From an uncultured Clostridia bacterium (GTDB lineage: Bacteria > Bacillota > Clostridia > Christensenellales > Borkfalkiaceae), in assembly GCA_949286835.1 (NCBI GenBank), contig CASEDP010000010.1:1696-65695 (forward strand): a DNA stretch of 64,000 bases. The letters run 5' to 3'. Made by a program: the position numbers and the translations under genes. Of this stretch, positions 46,151 to 54,635 are shown piece by piece. A model generated the notes under the pieces. That model was given only the letters and a program-made list of their open reading frames with translations. It did no database searches and was not told the DNA's origin. How positions within the stretch are numbered: position 1 is the first letter of the stretch; every line of letters starts with the position of its first letter.

Positions 46151-47350
46151 CTATTTCCTCCTCCTCAAAATATCGCCCTCCGACAGCGCGAGGGGGCAGT
46201 CTATCGTATATTTTTCCTGCACGAGCTTGCAGTCCGTGACGCGCTCGCCGCCGCTCGTAATAGCGCCGCCGACGACAAAGCTCTTGCCGAAGTTTGCCGA
46301 CGGGGAGAGCACCTCGAGCGTATCGCCCGCCCTGAACCTTCCGCGCATTTCGACTACCGCCCTGCCGTCCTTCCAGCCGAGGACGTTGGCAATATAGTCG
46401 CAGTCGCCCTTTGTCTGATTGTCGTCGTAGTTGACTGTTTTGTGATTTTCGCCCAGCATATACGCCGTTGTATAGTCCCTGTGCGCCGCCGTAAGAAGCT
46501 CCCTTTCGACTATCGGCGAATAGCCGCCGTCCATACACCGTCTGTATGCGTTAATTACAGTGGCGAGGTAATACTCGCTCTTCATTCTGCCCTCTATCTT
46601 GAAAGAACTTATTCCCGCCCTTGCCATCTCCTCGAGATGGGCGCTCATATTCAGGTCCTTGCTGTTGAAGATATACGTGCCCCTGCCGTCCTCCTCGACG
46701 TCCAGATAGCCGCTCTCTGCGCCGACGTCCTTCTTCTTTACGGCATAGTTCCACCTGCACGCCTGCACGCACTCGCCGCGGTTGGACGGTCTGCCCGCAA
46801 GGTAGTCGGAGAGCAGGCACCTGCCCGAATAGGAGATGCACATAGCGCCGTGCACGAAGGCTTCGAGCTCGATGTCGGGCACAAAGGAATGAATTTCCGC
46901 AATCTCTTCAAGCGAGAGTTCCCTTGCGAGTATGGCGCGGGTTGCGCCCTGCTCCGCCCAGAATTTGACCGCATATTTATTTGTGAGGTTTGCCTGCGTG
47001 GAGATGTGTATTTTGAGCTGCGGCGCCGCTTTTTTTGCGGCATAGACCGCGCCGCTGTCCGAAATAATCGCAGCGTCTGCGCCAAGAGAATATATAAGGG
47101 AGAAATAGTCCTCCAGCATAGACATATCGGCGTTCTTTGCGAAGATATTGACGGTGACGTACACCTTTTTACCGAGGGCGCGGGCGTGCGCAATCGCGCT
47201 TTTCATCTCATCTGCGTCGAAGTTGTCCGCAAACGAGCGCAGTGAAAACAGCTTGCCGCCTATGTACGCCGCGTCCGCACCGAAATAGAACGCCGTCTTA
47301 AGTTTATTCAGGTTGCCCGCAGGCGCTAAAAGTTCTACATTTTTCAACAT
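46151..47350 (-). CDS. Peptidase U32 family protein (TrhP/YrrO-like, candidate tRNA uridine-34 hydroxylation factor)
   Basis: 399 aa beginning MLKNVELLAPAGNLNKLKTAFYFGADAAYIGG, with the U32 core EAFVHGAMCISYSGRCLLS. Confidence 0.85.
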   Translation of the reverse strand: MLKNVELLAPAGNLNKLKTAFYFGADAAYIGGKLFSLRSFADNFDADEMKSAIAHARALGKKVYVTVNIFAKNADMSMLEDYFSLIYSLGADAAIISDSGAVYAAKKAAPQLKIHISTQANLTNKYAVKFWAEQGATRAILARELSLEEIAEIHSFVPDIELEAFVHGAMCISYSGRCLLSDYLAGRPSNRGECVQACRWNYAVKKKDVGAESGYLDVEEDGRGTYIFNSKDLNMSAHLEEMARAGISSFKIEGRMKSEYYLATVINAYRRCMDGGYSPIVERELLTAAHRDYTTAYMLGENHKTVNYDDNQTKGDCDYIANVLGWKDGRAVVEMRGRFRAGDTLEVLSPSANFGKSFVVGGAITSGGERVTDCKLVQEKYTIDCPLALSEGDILRRRK

Positions 47351-47399
47351 ATTATCTCACCTTTTTGCCGCAATTTTTAAAGCGGTGCGGCATAAGCGC

Positions 47400-48092
47400 T
47401 CATTCAGGCGCTCCCGCCTTTACCGACAGCGCCACCCCGTCGCCGACGTCGACGACCGTCGTTATAAGCTGCGGGTCGCCCTTTACCGCGTCGAGATACT
47501 CGCGGATATGCTCCACGAGCATTCTGCGCTTGGGGGGCACGGGGTTTTCGCCGTTGACCCAGCCGTATAGGAGCACGTCGTCGGCAAAGATAACTCCGCC
47601 CGCGGACAGCAGACGCTTAAGTCGGGGCAGATATTTTACATACTGCACCTTAGGTCCGTCCAGAAAGATGAAGTCGAACGTGCCTCTTAACGCAGCAAGC
47701 ACTTCCGCCGCGTCGCCGACGAGCACCGTCGCCCTGTCCGAAAGCCCGACGCGCGCAAAGTTTGCCGCCGCCTCGCCCGCAAAATCGGCGTTCTTTTCGA
47801 TGGTGGTGAGGTGCGCCGAAGGGCAGATTTCAAGCATACATAAGCCCGAAATGCCCACCGCCGTGCCTATTTCCAGAATTTTCGACGGCTTTGCCATTGC
47901 GACGCATATGCGTAAAAACGCAAGCGTTTCGTCCGACGATACGGGGATATTTCGCCCGAATGCGTCGGCGCGCATCTTTAAGACCGCCTCGGAAAAGACG
48001 GGACTGTTGACGGAGGAGGTGCGGCTGACCCTCTCGGGAACAGACGTGTCGTTGTGCGCATACGTAAAGTTTTCAATTGGCTTATCTTTCAA
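47400..48092 (-). CDS. Class I SAM-dependent O-methyltransferase (YrrM/TrmR-like)
   Basis: 230 aa. The SAM-binding motif is KILEIGTAVGISG. The layout matches the catechol-O-methyltransferase-like family 3 and the gene sits next to a U32 gene, as in B. subtilis yrrMNO. Confidence 0.8.
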   Translation of the reverse strand: MKDKPIENFTYAHNDTSVPERVSRTSSVNSPVFSEAVLKMRADAFGRNIPVSSDETLAFLRICVAMAKPSKILEIGTAVGISGLCMLEICPSAHLTTIEKNADFAGEAAANFARVGLSDRATVLVGDAAEVLAALRGTFDFIFLDGPKVQYVKYLPRLKRLLSAGGVIFADDVLLYGWVNGENPVPPKRRMLVEHIREYLDAVKGDPQLITTVVDVGDGVALSVKAGAPE

Positions 48093-48120
48093 AGCGGTGG
48101 TCCTCCCGATACATCTGAAT

Positions 48121-48300
48121 TGCGGGGCATATGTCTATGCGGTTGCGTCCGCGCGCATATGCGTGCAGACTTGTTGAACGTACAGACATATGCCCGCCCG
48201 ACAATATGCCTTGCGGGGCATATCAGCCGCAACGCATATGTGCCGAAATACATATGCGCCGACCAAGCAAAACCGCGTTCGGCGGCGCATATTGCGGGGG
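48121..48300. repeat. Cluster of GC-flanked CATATG palindromes (5 exact and 3 one-off copies)
   Basis: Exact CATATG starts at 48128, 48156, 48187, 48235 and 48251. The variants are AATATG at 48204, CATATC at 48218 and CATATT at 48287. Spacings are about 14-36 nt. Confidence 0.85.
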
Positions 48301-48351
48301 CAATGCACCCTCCCCCCGCCTTTTAGACACGCCCGAACGCGGAAAATTTTT

Positions 48352-50250
48352 TTAGAGTTCGACCACCACGGGCACCACCATAGGCGACTGTTTGGTCTTT
48401 TTGAGAAGGTAGTTGCGGAGCGCCTTTTTGATGACCCTCTTGAGCTCGTCGACTGAGCCGATTGACAGGTCGTAGCCCATAATCGCCCTGTCGATCACCT
48501 CGCGCATCTCCCTATTGTAATCCCTGTGGAAATCAAAGACAAAGCCCCTCGAATTGATTGCGGGTTCGCCGATGACCTCCCCGCCGGAGACTGCGACCGC
48601 GACGATGAACATCCCTTCTTCGGACATCTGGCGTCTGTCCTGAAGCACCTGGGACGCCTTTTCGTCCTCCACTCCCTCGCCGTCGATGAGCAGCGAGCCG
48701 GAGGGAACGTCCTCCAGCCTGCGTATGGTCTTGGAGGTGACCTCCACGCACGCGCCTATATCGGGCAGGACGATGTTGCTCTCCTTCATTCCCAGCCCCT
48801 GCGCCAGCAGGGAGTGCTTTTTTAAGTGACGGTATTCACCGTGGACGGGTATGAAGAATTTGGGCTTTAACAGCGTATGCATAATCTTATGCTCTTCGCG
48901 GCAGGCGTGCCCCGAAACGTGAATGTTTTCCAGGCTCTCGTACACCACTTCCGCGCCGAGATGATAGAGCTTGTTTATGACGCCGTAGATGCCCCTTTCG
49001 TTGCCCGGTATTGGCGACGCGGAGATGATTATGGTGTCGTTCGCGCCCACGGCGAGGGCGGGGTTTTCCTGGTTTGCCATACGGGTGAGCGCGCTCATCG
49101 GCTCTCCCTGGCTGCCCGTACAGACTATTACGAGCTGGTCGTCCCTGTAGTTTTTAATCTTGGAAATGTCTATGAGTTCGCCGTCGGGAATATTTATCTC
49201 GCCTATCTTTTCCGCCGCGTCGACGACGTTGAGCATACTCCTGCCGTTGAGCGCAACGCGCCGCCTGAACTTGACGGCAAGGTCGATAATCTGCTGAAGT
49301 CTGTGCACGTTTGAGGCGAACGTGGCTATAATTATGCGCCGCGCAGCGTTCTCCGCGAACAGTCTGTCGAGCGTGGTGCCGACCACAGTCTCGCTCATAG
49401 TATAGCCCGGGCGCTCAATATTAGTGCTCTCGCCGAGGTAGAGAAGCACGCCCTTGCTGCCGATATCGGCTATCGTCTTTAAATCTATGGGGCTGCCCGC
49501 AACGGGGGTGAGGTCGATTTTGAAGTCGCCGCTGTGGAAGATTACGCCCTGCGGCGTGCGTATTGCCAGCGCCACCGCGCCCGCAATGGAGTGATTGACG
49601 TTGATGAAGCTGATTTTGAAACAGCCGAGCTGAATTTCATTCCCGGGCTCTACCACCCTCTGCACGACGTTATTCAGCCTGTGTTCGCGCAGCTTGTTGT
49701 CGACGAGGGCAAGCGTGAGCTTGGTGCCGATGACGGGCGTAGATATCTCCCTGAGGAGATAGGGAACGCCGCCGATATGGTCCTCGTGACCGTGCGTAAG
49801 CAGCAATCCCCTTACCTTTTTTCTGCGCTCTGCAAGGTAAGTTATGTCGGGCACGACGAGGTCAATTCCCGGCGTCTCTTCCGTGGGGAAGATTATGCCC
49901 GCGTCGATGACTATTATGTCGTCGCCGCACTCTATCGCCGTCATATTCTTGCCAATTTCGCCGACGCCGCCGAGAAAAATTATCTTGACGGCGTTCTTGA
50001 CGGGGCGGATTTTCTTTGTCTTTTCCCTTACCTCTGCGGCGGGGGCTTCCGCCCTCTTTGCGCCCTTCTTGCGGGCGGGGGTGCTTTCTGCCCCTTCCGA
50101 CTTGCGCTTCAATACCAGCGGGGGCTGGTTTTCGCGCATATGCAGATTTTCCCTTACGGGCGCGCGCCTGGGGTTATCCGCCCTGCCCCCCTTGCGCGAC
50201 TTCTTTTCGCGCGGCTTTTTCGCCGACGCGCCTTGAGTGTTGTTTTCCAT
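48352..50250 (-). CDS. rnj: Ribonuclease J with a Lys/Arg-rich N-terminal extension of about 95 aa
   Basis: The metallo-beta-lactamase/beta-CASP core starts at VKIIFLGGVGEIGKNMT and includes THGHEDHIGG. It is preceded by MENNTQGASAKKPREKKSRKGGRADNPRR... Confidence 0.9.
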   Translation of the reverse strand: MENNTQGASAKKPREKKSRKGGRADNPRRAPVRENLHMRENQPPLVLKRKSEGAESTPARKKGAKRAEAPAAEVREKTKKIRPVKNAVKIIFLGGVGEIGKNMTAIECGDDIIVIDAGIIFPTEETPGIDLVVPDITYLAERRKKVRGLLLTHGHEDHIGGVPYLLREISTPVIGTKLTLALVDNKLREHRLNNVVQRVVEPGNEIQLGCFKISFINVNHSIAGAVALAIRTPQGVIFHSGDFKIDLTPVAGSPIDLKTIADIGSKGVLLYLGESTNIERPGYTMSETVVGTTLDRLFAENAARRIIIATFASNVHRLQQIIDLAVKFRRRVALNGRSMLNVVDAAEKIGEINIPDGELIDISKIKNYRDDQLVIVCTGSQGEPMSALTRMANQENPALAVGANDTIIISASPIPGNERGIYGVINKLYHLGAEVVYESLENIHVSGHACREEHKIMHTLLKPKFFIPVHGEYRHLKKHSLLAQGLGMKESNIVLPDIGACVEVTSKTIRRLEDVPSGSLLIDGEGVEDEKASQVLQDRRQMSEEGMFIVAVAVSGGEVIGEPAINSRGFVFDFHRDYNREMREVIDRAIMGYDLSIGSVDELKRVIKKALRNYLLKKTKQSPMVVPVVVEL

Positions 50251-50435
50251 TTATTCCGTTTACCTATACGCGCCCCGACGGGCGCAACCTTTGAATTATA
50301 TATTCCGCCGCATTGCGCGGCGCCCGCGCCCCTTGAAGGGGTGCAAACCCACAATGTAAGCCGCGCCTTTGCCGCTTACATACGAAAGGGGGGTCGTGAT
50401 GCGAAACCCCCTTCCCTTATCTTCTGACTTAAAAG

Positions 50436-53159
50436 TTACTTCTTGCTGACGTCCTTGACAAGTCCGTCCTCTATAAGCTCTTCCATACTCTCGTAGGGAT
50501 ACATTGCGGCGTAGTCGCGCTCTGCAATCTCGCGCTTGATGCCGCCCCTCCTCGACAGCATTTCGTCGATGAGCCTTATCGCCTTTTTTACGCCGAGCGG
50601 GCTCTTTATCTTGACCATCATCGGCGTGCCGTGCATCGACTTGTTGTCCGATACGTCGGCGTGGTGATATACGGAAGTCGCAAACTCGTTGGGGTCGAGG
50701 GCGAGATAGAGACACAGCGTCTTGCCCCTTATCTTGAAGCGGGCGATAGTCTCCCTGCCCTTGTTGAACCTCTCGGCGCCCCACGCTATGTTGGAATTTA
50801 CCTTCTTATAGGACAAAAGCGCCGTCTTTACCTTGCCGTAGTAATTCTTCTGCTCGTCCGAGCCCTGAATTATCCTTGCGATGAAGGAGCGGTTGTACTT
50901 CATCATATTTGCGAAGTCTACGCCTGCAGAGATGCCGTCGGTCATATCCTCCGACATTATCTCCTCGTCGACGGGGCTCTCGTCGATGTCCTCGACGATT
51001 TCCTCCATAACTTCGTCCGCGGGCGCCTTTTCGCCCTCTGCGGGCTCTTCCTCGCTCTCGTCCACGAGGTCGCTGACGGTCACGAGCTCCTCATTTTCGT
51101 CATCGGGCTGCTGCTCCTCCTGCTCCGCGCAGGCGTCCGCCGCGGCTATGCCAGCAGCGACCACCGCGCCGCCGAGAAGCATCTTCTTTATCTCCGCGAT
51201 GTCCTTTTCCACCCTGTCGAAGCGGGCGTCCCGCTCCTCCCTGGCGGAGGTGAAGTTGCCGTCCATCCTGTCGAAGCGGACGGCGCTGTCCTCCTTTACG
51301 GAGGCGATGCCGCCTTCGAGTTTGTCGAACCGCTCTTCATACCCCTTGACGAGGGCGGGAACGTCGGGTTCGGCGTCCTCCTCGGTGTATTCGGGGATAT
51401 TGTCGTAGTCTATGTCCTCCTCGACGTCGGGGATGAGCCCCGCCTTGAGCTCTGCAATGTCGCCTTCGAGCTTGTCGAAGCGGACGGAATATTCGCCCTT
51501 TATCTCTTCGGACACGCTGTCGGTTATGCGCTTGAGCCCTTCTTCGTCGATTACTATGTCATAGTCACTGTTTTCCTGATTTTCGACCAGCTTTTCCGCA
51601 ACCTGCGAAGCTATCTCCGCGCTGTCGACGTTGGGTGCGGCGAGAAGTACGGGAATTATGCCCGCAACCACCTTGTCGGCGATATCCACGGCGTCGATTT
51701 CGGGGAGGTAGTTGGAGAGAACTGCCGCAGCCTTTTCCGCGAGCACGTCCTCGTTGACGCTGACGGCAAGCTTTTCGTTGAGCTTGGTCGCAAGCTCTTC
51801 GGCGTCTGTCTCCCTCTCGTTTGCCGAGATGAGCGCAGGCGCAAGCTTTTCCGCGACGGCGGAGGCGATATGCTCGTAGTCGAGCTTGCCCTCTATGCAC
51901 TTTGCAAGCGAGTCGCAGCCGTCGTCGTCGACGTTGATTTCAAATTCTTCGGGCGAGATGTAGCCGACTTTCTTTGCCACGCAGTCGGCAATCTCGTCGC
52001 TGTCTATCGCGCCCGCAAGGTTCTTGACGACCGCGGCGGCGATGAGCTCATCCGAAAGGGACACATTGAGCCTGGAGGCGATGTCCTCCGCAAGCGCGCC
52101 CTCGTCGATGACGGCTGCGGCGGGCTGCTCTTCGGGCTTTTCCTCGCTCTCCTGCTCTTCCCTGAGTTTCTGGACGACGGAGTAGGCAATCCTGTCCTCG
52201 TCGACCTCGTGCTGGGCGGGAATGGCTATCTTGTCGGCGACCTTTCGGGATATGGTCTCTATGTGCATATCGGTGATTATGTTCTCGAGGTCGGGCTGGG
52301 GTATTACCACCTGCTCTGCAACCTTGCTTGCGATATAGTCGGGAGAGACGACCTCCTGTACGGAGCACGTCCTTGCAACCTTTTCGGCGAGGGCGTCTGC
52401 GTCAATCTCTGCGGTAACGGGCTGCGCCGCAGGCAGAACGACGAGCGCCGCCACTTTTGCGGCGAGCTTGTCATAGTCTATATCTGCTGCGGGAGCGGTA
52501 TGAACGCCTGCTCCCTCCGATGCGGGCGCCGCGACGGCGCCGAGCCTTGCGGCAATCTTTTCGGCGAGCGCGTCATAGTCTATGTCCTCGGCAAACGCCT
52601 GGGGCACGTAGATATTCTTGGCAACCGACATTCCGATCGCGTCATAGTCCAGCGCATCCGCCGAAACCGACACTTTTTCCGCGGGCGCTTCCGCACTTGC
52701 GGCCTGCGCGGGCAGAGCGAGCTTTTCGGCGAGCTTTGACGACAGCTCGTCATAGTCGATATCCTCGGCGATCGCCTGAGGTATTTTGAGATTTTTGGCG
52801 ACGGCGACGCCTATCGCGTCGTAGTCGATATCTGCGGCGACGGTCTGCCCGTCTTTGGAGGCAAGTCCGACGCCTTCGCCCTTGAGCGCCTTTACTTCGG
52901 CGCTGAGCTGCTGCATCGAGCGCGAGAGCGAATTATATACGCTTTCCACCTGCACGGAGATATACCCGAGCTCCTGCTTGAGGTTTCTGTTTTCTTCGGC
53001 AAGCTTCGCCGTTGCCGCATCCTGCTGCGGCTGACCGACAGGCGCCTTGCCCGAGAGGGAGTTTATCTTCGCCTCTAAGGAAGAGGTCTGCCGCGCCATC
53101 TGTTCAAGTCTCGAAAGGATGAGGTCGGCCTTTGTCATGCCCTTATTTATATCGCTCAT
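50436..53159 (-). CDS. Large (907 aa) highly acidic repeat protein of unknown function with a conserved basic C-terminal domain
   Basis: GAGGTG RBS. The N-terminus is coiled-coil-like. About 15-20 degenerate ~20-aa units follow, including 5 exact DIDYD motifs, then 4 RFD(K/R) units. The C-terminal ~170 aa read NRSFIARIIQGSDEQKNYYGKVKTALLSYKKV...GKTLCLYLALDP. Confidence 0.75.
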   Translation of the reverse strand: MSDINKGMTKADLILSRLEQMARQTSSLEAKINSLSGKAPVGQPQQDAATAKLAEENRNLKQELGYISVQVESVYNSLSRSMQQLSAEVKALKGEGVGLASKDGQTVAADIDYDAIGVAVAKNLKIPQAIAEDIDYDELSSKLAEKLALPAQAASAEAPAEKVSVSADALDYDAIGMSVAKNIYVPQAFAEDIDYDALAEKIAARLGAVAAPASEGAGVHTAPAADIDYDKLAAKVAALVVLPAAQPVTAEIDADALAEKVARTCSVQEVVSPDYIASKVAEQVVIPQPDLENIITDMHIETISRKVADKIAIPAQHEVDEDRIAYSVVQKLREEQESEEKPEEQPAAAVIDEGALAEDIASRLNVSLSDELIAAAVVKNLAGAIDSDEIADCVAKKVGYISPEEFEINVDDDGCDSLAKCIEGKLDYEHIASAVAEKLAPALISANERETDAEELATKLNEKLAVSVNEDVLAEKAAAVLSNYLPEIDAVDIADKVVAGIIPVLLAAPNVDSAEIASQVAEKLVENQENSDYDIVIDEEGLKRITDSVSEEIKGEYSVRFDKLEGDIAELKAGLIPDVEEDIDYDNIPEYTEEDAEPDVPALVKGYEERFDKLEGGIASVKEDSAVRFDRMDGNFTSAREERDARFDRVEKDIAEIKKMLLGGAVVAAGIAAADACAEQEEQQPDDENEELVTVSDLVDESEEEPAEGEKAPADEVMEEIVEDIDESPVDEEIMSEDMTDGISAGVDFANMMKYNRSFIARIIQGSDEQKNYYGKVKTALLSYKKVNSNIAWGAERFNKGRETIARFKIRGKTLCLYLALDPNEFATSVYHHADVSDNKSMHGTPMMVKIKSPLGVKKAIRLIDEMLSRRGGIKREIAERDYAAMYPYESMEELIEDGLVKDVSKK

Positions 53160-53417
53160 TGTGCACCTCGATATACTTTTTCGGGTCAGAAAATTTTTCT
53201 TGCGACCCGTTCGACGGGGTATATATGCCGGTTACTGCGTTCATATAATAGATATACCCGATAATTAGTTTACACCAATTTCCCAAGAATGTAAATATAA
53301 TTGTGAAAATTTTTTGTTTAAACGCCTAAAATTTTTTGTCTTTTTGTTACATAAATATTATAATTCGGGCGTTATGCAAAAATTTTTATATATTTGCCGC
53401 AAATTTATGCAAAATGC

Positions 53418-53446
53418 TTGAATATTCTGAATAAAGTGTGTATAAT
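53418..53446 (+). promoter_or_regulatory. Sigma-A promoter TTGAAT-17-TATAAT (with TG extension) upstream of serC
   Basis: Read directly. It leaves a GC-rich leader of about 110 nt containing the hairpin GGCGCC-GGGAG-GGCGCC. Confidence 0.6.
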
Positions 53447-53560
53447 TATACCAAATCGCACCCGAAAGGCGCCGGGAGGGCGCCGCTGACGGGTTAAGGC
53501 GCAGAACTATTCGCCACGCGGAAGCGGGCGGCAATATAACTTTTTCAGTGAGGTGACACA

Positions 53561-54634
53561 ATGAGAGTTTACAATTTTTCCGCAGGTCCTTCCACCCTGC
53601 CCCTCGAAGTGCTTGAACAGGCGCAGAAAGAATTCCTTGACTTTGCCGGCACGGGAATGTCCGTGACCGAAATCTCCCACAGGGATAAATCGTACGAGGC
53701 GATTGTCAGGGAAGCCGAAGCGCTTGTAAGGGAACTGCTCGGCGTTCCCGACGATTACGCAGTAATCTTCGTGCAGGGCGGCGCGAGCACGCAGTTTGCG
53801 GCAGTTCCCTTAAACCTTATGCACAACGGCGTTGCCGACTACATAGTTACGGGCAATTTCGCAAAGAAGGCCTGGCAGGAAGGTCAGATTTTCGGCACTG
53901 CCAACAAGATTGGCGACAGCTCCGACAAAACTTACACCTATATCCCCGACGTCGGCAAACTCAACTATACCGACGGGGCGGACTATGTGCACATAACCTC
54001 CAACAACACAATTTTCGGCACGAGATACGTCAAGTTCCCCGACTGCAAGGCTCCTCTCGTCGCGGATATGTCCTCCGACATATTCTCCAGGGAGATTGAC
54101 GTGGAAAAGTTCGGCGTCATCTATGCGGGCGCGCAGAAGAACCTTGCACCCGCGGGCGTGACGATTGTCATTGCAAAGCGCAGCCTCATTCAGGAACCGC
54201 TTAAAATCTGCCCTACCCTCCTCAAATGGAAGGTGCAGGACGAAAACGGTTCGCTGTACAATACTCCCCCCGCATTCTCAATCTATATGGCGTGCCTCGT
54301 GCTGCGCAACCTTAAGGCAAAGGGCGGCATTAAGGCGATGAACGAGGTGAACGAATACAAGGCAAAGCTTTTGTATGACTTTATCGACAACTCCTCGCTC
54401 TACAAGAACTATGTAGAAAAGTCCTGCCGTTCGATAATGAACGTGCCCTTCGTAACGGGCAGCGAAGAGCTGGACGCAAAGTTCATCTCCGAAGCGAAGA
54501 AAGCAGGGTTCGTCTCGCTCAAAGGGCACAGACTTGTTGGCGGAATGAGGGCTTCCATCTACAACGCTATGCCCGTAGAGGGCGTAAAGGCGCTGATTGA
54601 ATTTATGAAGAAATTTGAAACGGAGAACAAGTGA
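53561..54634 (+). CDS. serC: Phosphoserine aminotransferase
   Basis: 357 aa beginning MRVYNFSAGPSTLPLEVLEQAQKEF, the typical SerC N-terminus. Confidence 0.95.
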   Translation: MRVYNFSAGPSTLPLEVLEQAQKEFLDFAGTGMSVTEISHRDKSYEAIVREAEALVRELLGVPDDYAVIFVQGGASTQFAAVPLNLMHNGVADYIVTGNFAKKAWQEGQIFGTANKIGDSSDKTYTYIPDVGKLNYTDGADYVHITSNNTIFGTRYVKFPDCKAPLVADMSSDIFSREIDVEKFGVIYAGAQKNLAPAGVTIVIAKRSLIQEPLKICPTLLKWKVQDENGSLYNTPPAFSIYMACLVLRNLKAKGGIKAMNEVNEYKAKLLYDFIDNSSLYKNYVEKSCRSIMNVPFVTGSEELDAKFISEAKKAGFVSLKGHRLVGGMRASIYNAMPVEGVKALIEFMKKFETENK

Positions 54635-54635
54635 T

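Noticed and set aside
48054-48456. Cys/His-rich plus-strand ORFs (48054..48326, 48131..48355, 48190..48456) overlapping the CATATG cluster.
   Set aside because: They have no RBS and overlap one another in three frames. Their His-Met and Cys-rich content is a direct by-product of translating repeated CATATG and GC motifs.
53447-53560. A T-box or serC-leader element upstream of serC.
   Set aside because: The leader is only about 110 nt, lacks the AGGGTGGNACCGCG T-box sequence, and has no specifier-loop architecture.
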